Program-made: the position numbers and the translations under genes | Origin: a virus | Virus record (IMG/VR): IMGVR_UViG_3300031722_000011 | Coordinates: 1-64,000 of that record | Length of the DNA: 64,000 nucleotides | Direction: 5' to 3' (one strand) | In this document: in pieces, positions 38,918-49,973 of the stretch | Position numbering within the stretch: the first letter of the stretch is position 1 | Layout: every line of letters begins with the position of its first letter | The notes under the pieces: model-generated | The model's database searches: none | What the model saw: only the letters and a program-made list of their open reading frames with translations | Told to the model about the DNA's origin: nothing

Positions 38918-40543
38918 TTGGCGAACACAAACTCTACAGAAACTAAAAAATCAACCAATGCAGGTAGACCAATAGGTAGTAAAAACACTTTTACAAAAAA
39001 GCAAGTATCCGATATGCAACTAAGGATAGATGAATTAGAAAAACAACATAATTCTTATAATGATGTTGTAGATAGTTTCGTAGATGGATTTGTGTTAGAA
39101 ATGACACAAAATATAAAAACAATAGATATGGAAACTTTGCAAAGATGGTTTAGTAATCCAGATGATTATATGAAACAAATAAATAATTTACTTACATACT
39201 ATTATATTATTGATGGAAATATATCTCAACTTTATGATTTAATATTTTCACTACCAGAACTAAATTTTAAGATAAAAACTTATAAAAGATTAGGTAGTTA
39301 TGAAAATGACATATTAGCTATAAAAATTGCCTTAGAAAGAAATGTTAAACATAAAATATTAACTAGAGAATTACTTGTTCAATTAGCTAACAATGGTTCT
39401 GTTGTTGGCACATGGCTAGGTAATAAAAAAGAACCTTATTTTAATGTATTTGATGATTTAGAGTATATTTATCCGTATGGAAACTATAAAGGGAAAATGG
39501 TAGGAGTGTTTGATTTATCATATATTGATACATTAACAAATGAACAGAAGAAAGCCTTATATAATAATTTAACCCCCTTAGTAACAGAAAATATGTATAA
39601 AAAATGGAAGAATGAAAACAATGCTGATAAGAAAAAAGAATTACAGTTAATTGTATTACCTCCAGATAGGTCATTAGTTGCTAGAACTAGAGTATTATCA
39701 CATAATCAAAGATTAGGATTGCCAATGGGAACTCAAGCAATTTTTGATTTACAACATAAACAAAAGATGAAAGATTTAGAACGTTCTATGGCTGACAAGA
39801 TTATAAGAGCTATAGCCGTAGTAAAAATGAGAGATAAAGATGACAATGATGTTAAAGTAAAAGAATCGGTGCAAAGAAAAGTATTTGATAAAATAAAGAA
39901 AGCATTAGAGAAAAATACAAGTGGGAAGAATGGATTAACTTGTATATCAATGCCATCTTTTGCTGACTTTTCATATCCTGAGTTTAAAGGTGCTGATGAT
40001 ATATTAGATTCTGGTAAGTATGACAGTGTAAATAATGATATTACTACTGGTACAAGCATATCCTCAACATTAGCAAATGGAACAGGGGGCAATTACGCTA
40101 GTGCAAATCTAAATCTTGATATGATTTATCAAAAAATAGGTACAATGTTAGAACAAATTGAAGAAATATATAATCAATTAATTGTTATCATACTAGGACA
40201 AAATAAAGGTTCTAATTATTATTTTGAATATGATAAACAAAAGGCACTTACAAAAAAAGAAAAATTAGATATTTATAAAGGTCTATCCGATAAAGGGTTC
40301 AGTATTAGACCGATGATTGAATTGATTGGTGGAGATTTTGAAGCATTTATAAATGAAAGTATATATGAAATAGATGATTTAAAATTAAGAGAAAAAATTA
40401 TCCCACAATTAACATCATTTACGGCTTCAGATACAGATTCAGATCAAATAGGAAGACCTACTAATGAAGCTGATACAAATACTAGCACAATCCAAACAAA
40501 AGAAACTGATGGAAATTCAAATCCGAAACCTAGCACAACATAA
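38918..40543 (+). CDS. portal protein
   Basis: size and position after terL; AAGGAGG plus TTG start. Confidence 0.75.
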   Translation: MANTNSTETKKSTNAGRPIGSKNTFTKKQVSDMQLRIDELEKQHNSYNDVVDSFVDGFVLEMTQNIKTIDMETLQRWFSNPDDYMKQINNLLTYYYIIDGNISQLYDLIFSLPELNFKIKTYKRLGSYENDILAIKIALERNVKHKILTRELLVQLANNGSVVGTWLGNKKEPYFNVFDDLEYIYPYGNYKGKMVGVFDLSYIDTLTNEQKKALYNNLTPLVTENMYKKWKNENNADKKKELQLIVLPPDRSLVARTRVLSHNQRLGLPMGTQAIFDLQHKQKMKDLERSMADKIIRAIAVVKMRDKDDNDVKVKESVQRKVFDKIKKALEKNTSGKNGLTCISMPSFADFSYPEFKGADDILDSGKYDSVNNDITTGTSISSTLANGTGGNYASANLNLDMIYQKIGTMLEQIEEIYNQLIVIILGQNKGSNYYFEYDKQKALTKKEKLDIYKGLSDKGFSIRPMIELIGGDFEAFINESIYEIDDLKLREKIIPQLTSFTASDTDSDQIGRPTNEADTNTSTIQTKETDGNSNPKPSTT

Positions 40544-40548
40544 AGTAG

Positions 40549-40734
40549 GTGATAAATATGAAGATACTAGTAGTTAAAAAAGAAGGATTGATTACTATTA
40601 GTTCTAATGGTAAGAAATTGTTTATTGATGAAAATAGTAAATTATACGATAAATTAAAAGAATTATCAAAAGATGATATTAAGATTTGGTATGAAACTAA
40701 TAGATTTAATAATTTATTAGACTTAAATAATTAA
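40549..40734 (+). CDS. small hypothetical protein
   Basis: ORF between portal and protease genes. Confidence 0.5.
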   Translation: MINMKILVVKKEGLITISSNGKKLFIDENSKLYDKLKELSKDDIKIWYETNRFNNLLDLNN

Positions 40735-40809
40735 ATATTGAATTAATTTAATTATTTATTGTATGTATTTCAATATTTAATAGATTATACATTGAAAGGT
40801 GGTGATAAA

Positions 40810-42390
40810 TTGGAAAATAAGTTTGATAAAATTGGACAAGTCAATATGTCTTTTAATACTTTAAATACTGTACCAAATGATCCTACAATAATGAAGGGAA
40901 AAGTAATAATATTTGATTTTGAAGAAAGTGGAAATCACCAAATAATAACTGAAGAAATAGCTATAGAAAATATTCAAACTTTAGTTGGTAAAAGAATTTG
41001 TTGCAAATACATAACCAAAAGTGAAAATGATGGTATTGATGCGTTAGGTTCACATGAAGAACATGAAACTACTGATAGACAAGGTAATGATGTAATTTAT
41101 TGCGATACTGATGCTATTGGATATATAGAAAATGTATATATAGATGATTATACAGATAAAAATGAAATTACTAAAAGGGTTGTTTACGGTGACATTATAT
41201 TATGGTGTGATGACCATTACGCAGACATAATTGGATTACTTCAAGAATGGCTTAATAACGGAATTGGTATTAATATGTCAGTTGAATATTTATATTTTAA
41301 TTATTTAGTTAAGGATAAAATTGAATATATTCAATCCCCAATTCTATTTACTGCTCATACTTTATTGAATAGTGAGGATAGGGGTTATGCAATTGAAGTA
41401 TTGCCATCATATGATTGTGCAACATTAACAAGCTTTAATGAATTAAAAGACCAATGGAACAAAGCTGTAAATAGTTTAAAGTCTAACAATGAGTTAGATT
41501 CTAATAAATTAAACCAAAAGGAGGATATAAAAACAATGGAAAATAAATTTTTAAAAGCCCTAAATGAGATTTCATTAGGCGATTTAAGAAGTAAAATTTT
41601 AGGACAACTAGGAGATGTAATGACTGCTAATGAATATGAATATATGTGGTTAAGCAATTATTCAATATTCCCAGAAAGTAAATATTTTATATATGAAACT
41701 TATGATAAGGAATCTGAAAAATGGGTGAATTATAAAGTTACATATGTATTAGGTGAAGATGATTCACTAACAGTAAACTATGACACTAAGGAAAAGATGG
41801 AATATCAATACACATTAGTTTCAGTAAATGAATTACAAGAACTTGAAACCTCTAAAAATGCAGTATTAGATTTAGAAACAGCTAATGCTAAGATTGAAGA
41901 ATTGAATGGTGAAATCGTATCTTTAAATGAAAAAGTTGTTGAGAAATCAAATAACTCAAAAGTAGATACTGATAAATTTAATGAATTAACAAATAAATTA
42001 GTTGCCATGAATTCTATGATAACAGAAATGCAACCAATTGTAGATCAATATAATAAAGAAGTATTTGAAAAATCATTAAATGAAGCAACAGAATTGTATA
42101 AAATTAAATTTACTAGCGTAAATGCTCTAGATATATTTGATGAAGATTCTACACAAGAATTAATTAAAGAATCTATTAATTCAGTAAAAGAAAAAGCTGA
42201 TAAAGCCAAGTATAGTTTAAATGCTTTAATTGTTGAGAGTATTAAACCAATTGAAAAAGAGATTGATACAGATGATATTATGTTAAATGTACCTAAAATA
42301 AGTATTAATCAAATTGTTAAATTAGAAGATAATGAAGATTTAATACCTGCAGATGACAATATCTTATCAAAATATGGACTAAACTACTAA
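40810..42390 (+). CDS. capsid maturation protease/scaffold
   Basis: GSHE..., MSVE catalytic-like motif, C-terminal coiled coil; lies between portal and capsid genes. Confidence 0.7.
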   Translation: MENKFDKIGQVNMSFNTLNTVPNDPTIMKGKVIIFDFEESGNHQIITEEIAIENIQTLVGKRICCKYITKSENDGIDALGSHEEHETTDRQGNDVIYCDTDAIGYIENVYIDDYTDKNEITKRVVYGDIILWCDDHYADIIGLLQEWLNNGIGINMSVEYLYFNYLVKDKIEYIQSPILFTAHTLLNSEDRGYAIEVLPSYDCATLTSFNELKDQWNKAVNSLKSNNELDSNKLNQKEDIKTMENKFLKALNEISLGDLRSKILGQLGDVMTANEYEYMWLSNYSIFPESKYFIYETYDKESEKWVNYKVTYVLGEDDSLTVNYDTKEKMEYQYTLVSVNELQELETSKNAVLDLETANAKIEELNGEIVSLNEKVVEKSNNSKVDTDKFNELTNKLVAMNSMITEMQPIVDQYNKEVFEKSLNEATELYKIKFTSVNALDIFDEDSTQELIKESINSVKEKADKAKYSLNALIVESIKPIEKEIDTDDIMLNVPKISINQIVKLEDNEDLIPADDNILSKYGLNY

Positions 42391-42495
42391 AAATAAAAAT
42401 TAAATATTTGTTAATTGAAATGATATATATTAATAAATATTAAATAAATTAAAAAGCAAAGAACAATAATTTTATAAATAAAGGAGACGATTTTT

Positions 42496-43017
42496 ATGGC
42501 TACAATTTTAAGAGACGCATTGTTCCTTCCTGGGAATCATTCTATAAGTGAGATAAATACAATTTGGGCTAAACCAGTAGCAAATGGTGCTATTTTAACA
42601 GGTTCGAATATGGATAATGGAGGATTAGTAGAATTTGCAGGAAGAGATGCTAATGGAAATAGACAATGCAAACCATTTGATGGAACAGGAGAATATTTTA
42701 TATTACAAACTCATGTTGAAGACCAATTACTAATTGATATGGGTGAAACAGATTATAAAAATTTCTACAATAAAATCGGAGAACCTGTAAGATTAGTTAG
42801 AGCAGAAAAAGGAGTAAATCAAGAAGTATCAGGATATACCGTTAAAGGTGGAGTTACTCTAGCTTTAGATTTACCTGTAATTTGGGATGCTACTAATAAA
42901 GTATTCCAAGTAATAGATGTTATAACAACTGAAACACAAATAGCAACTGTAGTTGGATTGGACACTGACTTTGGTTACAATGCTGGTGTAACAACAATTA
43001 GAATCGAATACAAATAA
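42496..43017 (+). CDS. putative head decoration protein
   Basis: position before MCP, beta-rich. Confidence 0.55.
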   Translation: MATILRDALFLPGNHSISEINTIWAKPVANGAILTGSNMDNGGLVEFAGRDANGNRQCKPFDGTGEYFILQTHVEDQLLIDMGETDYKNFYNKIGEPVRLVRAEKGVNQEVSGYTVKGGVTLALDLPVIWDATNKVFQVIDVITTETQIATVVGLDTDFGYNAGVTTIRIEYK

Positions 43018-43051
43018 TAAATAAATTATAAAAAGAAAGGATGATAATAAA

Positions 43052-44113
43052 ATGGAATTAAATAAAGAATTCTTACAATTAGGTAAAAGAGTATATAACA
43101 ATAAAACATCAGTAAACGAAGAAGGAGTAAATGAGGATGAAAATGTAATAATTGAATTAGTTAATAAAGCTTATAATTCAAATGCTACTATAAACAACAT
43201 TCAAGCTTATAGAGATCTAAATCAATTAATCGTGACTACTGCTGAACAATTACAAGTAGTGGATAGACAAAGATATATCGACCTAGTTTCTGATTATAAA
43301 AAAGTAGGGACTAATGATATAATGCAATATAATGTAGCAGATAAAGTAGCCAAGGTTACTACTGCTGTAACAGCAACTGGTACAGGAGTTAATTTTACTA
43401 AAGTACCTTCTTTTACAAGCAAAGTTTATGCTACTCCATTTAAACACCAATTCGGTATTAAGTATTCTGTTTCAGATATGCTTTCAAATCCAATTAACCA
43501 ATTTAGAAATGCTGTAAATTTAGTTAATGAAGAAAAGACTAGATATATATTATCACAAATATTCGTTGCAGTAAGAGAAGCTTCTGCAAATGCTAAAATT
43601 CCTACAAAACAAAAAAGTACAGTGGCAAATATTACTTTTGCTGGATTCAAAGGAATTGAAAGTTCTCTATTAAGATATGGTAGAAATGTTAAACCTGTTA
43701 TGATAGCTGATACTGCTTTTATAAGTGCTTTAGCAGATAAACAAGCTAGTGTATCTGTAACTGGAATGACTAATGTACCTTTATATTTAACAGACGCTAT
43801 GAAGGAATCATTATTAAGAGATGCTACAATAGAACAAATTTCTAAAACACTTGCTATTTCTATAGATAATCCTTACACAGATAACATGAATTCAAAAGTA
43901 GATTTACCAGTTGATGAAGCAATTTTGATTGCTGGAGGTTCTGCTAGTCCATTAAAAGTTACAGAATTTGGAGATATGGCTTTACTTTCAGATACTATGC
44001 AAGAACATATCGAAAATGAAGAAGTATTTATGAAAATATCTTATAAAGTAGATATAACTTTATTATTAAATAGAGCTATTGGTTACATAAAAGATACTTC
44101 TGTAGTTCTTTAA
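43052..44113 (+). CDS. major capsid protein
   Basis: 353 aa, position, high-expression codon bias, terminator after. Confidence 0.75.
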   Translation: MELNKEFLQLGKRVYNNKTSVNEEGVNEDENVIIELVNKAYNSNATINNIQAYRDLNQLIVTTAEQLQVVDRQRYIDLVSDYKKVGTNDIMQYNVADKVAKVTTAVTATGTGVNFTKVPSFTSKVYATPFKHQFGIKYSVSDMLSNPINQFRNAVNLVNEEKTRYILSQIFVAVREASANAKIPTKQKSTVANITFAGFKGIESSLLRYGRNVKPVMIADTAFISALADKQASVSVTGMTNVPLYLTDAMKESLLRDATIEQISKTLAISIDNPYTDNMNSKVDLPVDEAILIAGGSASPLKVTEFGDMALLSDTMQEHIENEEVFMKISYKVDITLLLNRAIGYIKDTSVVL

Positions 44114-44185
44114 TCAATATAATTAGGACTTCTTTAATTAGAAGTCCTTTATTTTAATAATTTATAAATTAAGGAGAGAAAAATA

Positions 44186-44728
44186 ATGAGTAAAAATACA
44201 GTAACATTAGTAAGAAAACAATCTGATACATTTGAGGTAAATTACCCTTTTGCATTACCCGATGGGAAATTAACACATTTTGATTGGACGGGAACTAAAG
44301 GTAGTATTATAAGTAGAAGAGATGTTCCAGTAGAAGTATTTCAATGGTTAAAAGATAGTACAACTACTTTTACATCAGGACAATTAATGGTTGAAGAACA
44401 AGGTAATGAAGATTTAGAAGAAGATGTTAAATATTTAGTAGAAGATGTTGAAGAAAAACAATTAGAAATAAAAGATGCTATAAAAACTAGAGATGAAATA
44501 CAAGCAATGTTAACAACAGGAAATCAACTTGTATTAAAAAAAGCTTTAAATGATTTAGTCAAAGATATTACAGATGAAATACAAGTAAAAGAAGTAAAAG
44601 CTTATATATATAGAACTGCAATTGATATCGGTATAGATTCCAATGCAAAAAGAAAAGTAGTTTGTGAATGGTATGGATTATCAGATTATGAAAATTGTGG
44701 TTATATTTTTGATGAAGAAACTAAATAA
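44186..44728 (+). CDS. virion-cluster hypothetical protein
   Basis: follows MCP. Confidence 0.65.
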   Translation: MSKNTVTLVRKQSDTFEVNYPFALPDGKLTHFDWTGTKGSIISRRDVPVEVFQWLKDSTTTFTSGQLMVEEQGNEDLEEDVKYLVEDVEEKQLEIKDAIKTRDEIQAMLTTGNQLVLKKALNDLVKDITDEIQVKEVKAYIYRTAIDIGIDSNAKRKVVCEWYGLSDYENCGYIFDEETK

Positions 44729-44948
44729 AATATAGAAAGGTGTGATATTATAATGACTGTTACAGATTATCAGATTATGAAAATTGTGGTTATATTTTTG
44801 ATGAAGAAACTAAATAAAATATAGAAAGGTGTGATATTATAATGACTGTTACAGATTATCAGATTATGAAAATTGTGGTTATATTTTTGATGAAGAAACT
44901 AAATAAAATATAGAAAGGTGTGATATTATAATGACTGTTACAGATTAT
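44682..44948 (+). repeat. perfect 89-bp tandem triplication
   Basis: units start at 44682, 44771, 44860; CAGATTAT microhomology at the junctions. Confidence 0.95.
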
Positions 44949-45344
44949 GATACTATATGGGAAACCTTTCGAGATATCTCAGGATTAGATGACGAATTAC
45001 TACCTTCTGATAGCCAAGGAATATATATAGAAATTCATAATGCAGTAAGAAAATATAATATCAAAACCGATGATCGTGAAGAAAAGTTAACCTATATAGA
45101 TTCAGCAGAAACTATAAGTAGGTTGTTAGATGATAATAGATTAGAATTACTTGCATTATTTATTAAACAAAATATATTAGAAAGTAAATTGGAATACTTC
45201 GAGCAAATATATCAATATGATTTGAAAGAAGTTAAAAGTAAATTCTTCAAAGATCAAGTTTCTACTAGACAATCCACTATTGAAAAAGTAGAAAAAGATA
45301 TACTAGAAAGACTGAGTTACATGGATACTCATGATTTAAATTAA
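44931..45344 (+). CDS. putative head-tail adaptor
   Basis: helical, position. Confidence 0.55.
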   Translation: MTVTDYDTIWETFRDISGLDDELLPSDSQGIYIEIHNAVRKYNIKTDDREEKLTYIDSAETISRLLDDNRLELLALFIKQNILESKLEYFEQIYQYDLKEVKSKFFKDQVSTRQSTIEKVEKDILERLSYMDTHDLN

Positions 45345-46612
45345 TGAAAGATTACAGTAACTATAAAAAACATGTTCAAATTGATATGAAGGATTATAGT
45401 GGTAAATTCCATTTCAATGAACAATTAAAACAAGAAGGCACTGATATAAAAATAAATGGGAAAAGTACACAATTAATTAATGGAGAAGAAAAGGTAATCA
45501 GAGCAATAGTTAGAAACTCAGGCGTAGAAAACAAAGAGGCTAATGAGGAACGTTCAATAATGATTGGAAAAGAATATGCTTATAAATATGGTGACTATGT
45601 AGAATATTTAGAGGATATTTATTTAACAAATGTTTCAGTAGATAAAGATAATCCATTTTTTAATACTGCAAAAATGAAAAGAACTAACCATCTATTCAAA
45701 TGGATATATAAAGGTGTTGTATACTCTGCTTATGGCATAGGTACTAATCAAACTAAATATACGTTAGGAACTAGTAATTTAGTTGTTGGAATCACTGAGA
45801 GTGACTCACGTTATTCAATTGACTTCCCAAATAATGTTAATTGTAAAACAATAAAAGTAGGGCAAAGATTTATATTTAATGATGGAGCATGGAAGGTAAC
45901 TCAAATAGAATATGTAAGTAGCCAAGACGCTATTCGTTCTATTCTACTAGGACAAGATAGTATTAATTATGAAATTGATGATACAGAACATGAAATTGCA
46001 GGAGCATATGAAAATAAACATACTTATACATATGATATTCCTACAAGTTTTGAAGTTGCTAACGGAAGTGAATATACTATAAATTATAGCGTTAAAGATG
46101 AATCAGGTAAAGACTTTGATTATAGTTTAGTAAATGTTACAACTACTAACAACACATTGGTTCAAGTAACTAATACTAACGGTGTAATATCTATAAAAGG
46201 TTTATCTGTTGGAGCAGGTAGTATTAAACTTTCAGTACCTATTGGTTCAAGTAGCCAAGATTTTGACATCTCATTTGAAGTAAAAGATATTGTAGTAGAT
46301 AAGATCGAATATAAATATGATTTCAAACAAGGAACTACAATAAAACAATACGTTACAAATTTAGTCACAATAACTAAATTAAACAAAGGTATTAAAGATG
46401 ATACATTAAAAATAAATTATAGTTTTGACAATAATACACAGATTTTAATTAATGCTAAAAAGATTATTATTACCGATATCAACAATTCAAGTTTCAATAT
46501 CAAAAATGCTTTAGTTAGTACTAAAACTATTATTTATCTTACTGTTAATGATATAGGCACAGGAACTAAGATATTAGATAACTTCCCATTGACTTTAATT
46601 ACTGGTATATAA
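45344..46612 (+). CDS. putative head-closure protein with Ig-like C-terminal domains
   Basis: position; GVISIKGLSVGAGSIKLS Ig-like pattern. Confidence 0.55.
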   Translation: MKDYSNYKKHVQIDMKDYSGKFHFNEQLKQEGTDIKINGKSTQLINGEEKVIRAIVRNSGVENKEANEERSIMIGKEYAYKYGDYVEYLEDIYLTNVSVDKDNPFFNTAKMKRTNHLFKWIYKGVVYSAYGIGTNQTKYTLGTSNLVVGITESDSRYSIDFPNNVNCKTIKVGQRFIFNDGAWKVTQIEYVSSQDAIRSILLGQDSINYEIDDTEHEIAGAYENKHTYTYDIPTSFEVANGSEYTINYSVKDESGKDFDYSLVNVTTTNNTLVQVTNTNGVISIKGLSVGAGSIKLSVPIGSSSQDFDISFEVKDIVVDKIEYKYDFKQGTTIKQYVTNLVTITKLNKGIKDDTLKINYSFDNNTQILINAKKIIITDINNSSFNIKNALVSTKTIIYLTVNDIGTGTKILDNFPLTLITGI

Positions 46613-46649
46613 ACAAAATATAAAACTTATAAATGGAGGTGATGGATAA

Positions 46650-47219
46650 ATGAGTTCGTTGGATAGTTTTAAAGTGTTTAAAGATTATATTAAAAGGTTT
46701 GTACTTGAAGACCAAGAATTACAAAAACTCATCTACTATCCTTATAGTACTTGCTTAGATGAAAATAACTTAGCAAATCCATTTGATATATTTTCAGAAG
46801 AAACTGCAACAGATAATGAAAATGGGGTACATGGGGTGCTATTGTTTAAAAGACAATCTGATATTGTTATGAATGCAGAAATGCCATTGGTTCTAGTGTC
46901 GTTTGAGAATGCAAAGAAGAGTAAAGAGTTTTCAAACATTTATATAATTTTCAAAATTATTTGTAAAGGTAATAATATACAGGAATTAGAAAATGGAGAT
47001 TCTAGAATTTATAGTATTCAAAGAAAAATAAACGATAATTTTGCTATGGCAAATGTAAATGGATTAGGACAAGTTGAAGAAAACTCATTCAAAGAACTTT
47101 CTATAAACTCTAATAATGATGCCATGCTCTTAATGTATAAGGCATATTCATTCAATTCAAACATATCAACTAATAAAAACTTTAAGAAAAGAATGTTTGG
47201 TGACAATTATGCAAATTGA
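46650..47219 (+). CDS. putative tail terminator
   Basis: position before the tail tube gene. Confidence 0.45.
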   Translation: MSSLDSFKVFKDYIKRFVLEDQELQKLIYYPYSTCLDENNLANPFDIFSEETATDNENGVHGVLLFKRQSDIVMNAEMPLVLVSFENAKKSKEFSNIYIIFKIICKGNNIQELENGDSRIYSIQRKINDNFAMANVNGLGQVEENSFKELSINSNNDAMLLMYKAYSFNSNISTNKNFKKRMFGDNYAN

Positions 47220-48030
47220 TGATTTAGAATATAGGTTGATTAGGTCGTTAAATATTCCTTATATGAGAGTCAAAATTAGACAACCTCGTTTAAGTGATAT
47301 AGATGATGAGAGTGTAGGTTTATTAAGATATTCAAGCTATAAATCTTTATTTACTCTTAGAAAAGAGCATTTAAATATGAATGAAGAATTAATTGATATA
47401 ACTAAAGACAATAGTTTTTTTGAAACTTTATTTATAATAGACGATTATTATATGAAGCAGGGTTTGATTGATAGAGTTCCATTTATTGATATGTTAATAA
47501 TGTCGTTAATCTTCTTTTTAGATGTGAATGTTGATACTGATAAAATAAGTAAAAACGTTAGAGAGAAATATATTGGTATATTTAATGAACAAGAACAACC
47601 GATATTTATATTGAGCAATGATAATTTTGAAGAATTTAGTGAATTAATTAGAATTATTTGTTGTTGTAATATGATTGAGGTTGAAAGTGATAAGCCTAAA
47701 AATCCCTATAAAAATGAAAGTCTAAGAAGAAAATTTGAAAAAATACAAAGACAAAATGCAGAAGTAGAAGCAAAGAAGAGAAAAGAGAATGAAATAACTA
47801 TTGCTGATATGATTGGCTTAATAGGAATTAATGAAATAACAAAATATAAATTAAATCAAGATATGGATAATTTGACTATATGGCAATTAAATTATATTTA
47901 CAATGGAATGTTTGTTAGAGAAAGTAATGAGTTCACAAAAATGCAATTTTGTAGTTATAAATTTTCTTTTGAAAAAACACCATCATTTAATTGGATAAAA
48001 GAGACAAAAGTTAAATTACCTGAAAAGTAA
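47209..48030 (+). CDS. virion-cluster hypothetical protein
   Basis: LTIWQL motif; overlaps upstream gene. Confidence 0.6.
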   Translation: MQIDDLEYRLIRSLNIPYMRVKIRQPRLSDIDDESVGLLRYSSYKSLFTLRKEHLNMNEELIDITKDNSFFETLFIIDDYYMKQGLIDRVPFIDMLIMSLIFFLDVNVDTDKISKNVREKYIGIFNEQEQPIFILSNDNFEEFSELIRIICCCNMIEVESDKPKNPYKNESLRRKFEKIQRQNAEVEAKKRKENEITIADMIGLIGINEITKYKLNQDMDNLTIWQLNYIYNGMFVRESNEFTKMQFCSYKFSFEKTPSFNWIKETKVKLPEK

Positions 48031-48123
48031 CAAAATAAAGCAAATGATTTAGTTCTTACAAATGTGTAAGGGCTTTTTTATTATATACAAAATTAAACAA
48101 AAATAAAAAGGAGGAATTTTATT

Positions 48124-49227
48124 ATGATAGCAAATTCAAATTTACTTGGTAGAATGGCAATTATAGGTGGTGCAGACGCATACATATATAGTGCTAAAAC
48201 AAAAGCATTAGAAACAATTTTTGAAAATTGCAATAATTTAGAATTAACAGCAAAGGGGGATAAAGTAGACATCAAAGAAAAAGGTGCTATAGTTATGTCT
48301 GTAGCAAAACCAATGTCTTGTACATTAAAATTCACAGCAGAAACAACTTCTTTTGATAAGGTTGCTATGGCATTAGGTAGTGCTGGATTTACAAAAACTA
48401 CAACACTTGATACTTATCAAAAAAATGAAATGTTTAGAGTTACAGATACTGCTTCAATGGTGTTTAATTTAAAAGGAGTTGCAGAAACTCTAGATAATGT
48501 GGTTAATGTACATTTAGTTACTGAAGATGGAGAAAAAGCAAAAGTATTAGCATTTACATTAGATACTACAAAGAGAATAGTTACAGTAACAGCAGACTCA
48601 GATATTGCAGTAGGAGACTACATACGAATCAATTACAATTCTGTTGTTGCAAGTGGTAAAATGTATCAATTTAAAGTACCAAGTAAAAGTAACACAGACG
48701 CAAAGAGAGTTGTTATAGATGCAATTGGATTAAGAAAATTAGACAAATCTCAAATATTAATGCAATTTGAATTCTATAAAGTTGCAGTTGAAGAAGGTAT
48801 TACATTGTCATTTGATGGAGAAAAAGCTACATCATTTGATATAAGTATGACTGTTTTAGCTGATAATACAAAATTAACAGATATAGAAGGAAGTCAATTC
48901 TTTAGACAAATGGTATTAACAGATGATGCTAATGCTATTTCTAATTTAGCAGGAACTTCATCTGTTGCAGGTAAAGTAGCATTAACATTTAATGCACCAA
49001 CAGGGGCAACATCTGTTGATTTACAATATAAACTTTCAAGTGGTTCAACTTGGGCTTCAGTAGCTACTAGTGGAACAACTGGAGTTTATATAAGTGGAGC
49101 TTTAACTAGTGTATCAACAGGAACTACAGTTAATGGATTAACAACAACAAGTCCATATGACTTTAAAGTAATTGTTACTGATGGTTCTTATGAAGGAACT
49201 TCAAATATCATAACAGTTACGCCCTAA
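48124..49227 (+). CDS. major tail (tube) protein with FN3-like C-terminal domain; ends CCC TAA
   Basis: position; VNGLTTTSPYDFKVIV FN3-like; +1-frame extension to 49285. Confidence 0.75.
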   Translation: MIANSNLLGRMAIIGGADAYIYSAKTKALETIFENCNNLELTAKGDKVDIKEKGAIVMSVAKPMSCTLKFTAETTSFDKVAMALGSAGFTKTTTLDTYQKNEMFRVTDTASMVFNLKGVAETLDNVVNVHLVTEDGEKAKVLAFTLDTTKRIVTVTADSDIAVGDYIRINYNSVVASGKMYQFKVPSKSNTDAKRVVIDAIGLRKLDKSQILMQFEFYKVAVEEGITLSFDGEKATSFDISMTVLADNTKLTDIEGSQFFRQMVLTDDANAISNLAGTSSVAGKVALTFNAPTGATSVDLQYKLSSGSTWASVATSGTTGVYISGALTSVSTGTTVNGLTTTSPYDFKVIVTDGSYEGTSNIITVTP

Positions 49228-49374
49228 TGGAGCTAGTTCTTCACGAATTGGGACTGGCGAAATAGGTTTTGCAATCGTAGGATAAAATATAATATTAAGA
49301 ATGGACATCTATACGGTGTCCATCTATTAGTATTATAGAGAATTAATAAATTAAACCTAAAGGAGAATAAAACA

Positions 49375-49827
49375 ATGGCAGATTTTGATAGTATAGAGTC
49401 ATTTATACGAGAAGCTAAAAAACAAATAGAAAATACAATGAAAAAGGAGATGTTACCTGCATTAAAAGAAAAGGCACAGGAGATAGTAATAACAAAAATT
49501 TACTCTGCTTATACACCTAAAATTTATGAAAGAACAAACGAATTAATTGAAGCATTTGAAATAGAATGCAAATGGGAAGGAGATACTTGTTGGGGTATAT
49601 TAAAAGTAAAAGAAGACTTACATAGTGATAACCCAACATGGAAAGGTCAAATATATCCACTAGATGAAATCATAAATTATTACTTTGCTGAAGGACATGG
49701 ATGGGGTGAAGGAACTAATAGACCAGCAGTTGATACTTTAGCATTGACCAATGAAGAAATGATTGAAACGGGAGAAGCATTAAGAATAATATATGATGAG
49801 TTAAAGAAACATTTCGATATTATATGA
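49375..49827 (+). CDS. putative tail-completion protein
   Basis: YTPKIYERT motif; position. Confidence 0.5.
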   Translation: MADFDSIESFIREAKKQIENTMKKEMLPALKEKAQEIVITKIYSAYTPKIYERTNELIEAFEIECKWEGDTCWGILKVKEDLHSDNPTWKGQIYPLDEIINYYFAEGHGWGEGTNRPAVDTLALTNEEMIETGEALRIIYDELKKHFDII

Positions 49828-49944
49828 AATAACATAAATTGTTCATTTTAAAAGAAATATTAATCTATATATTGTAGTGTTAATGGAGATGATACTACAA
49901 TATATAGTGTGTGAAAATAAAATAATAAATTAATATATAAAGTG

Positions 49945-49973
49945 TTGACAAGAATTTAAATTGGTATTATAGT
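49945..49973 (+). promoter_or_regulatory. sigma-A promoter of the antirepressor unit
   Basis: TTGACA with TATTATAGT -10 region, flanked by two AAATTAATRTATAAA boxes. Confidence 0.6.

Noticed and set aside
44682-44948. CRISPR array
   Set aside because: Units are identical end to end with no spacers, and there are no cas genes in the window.
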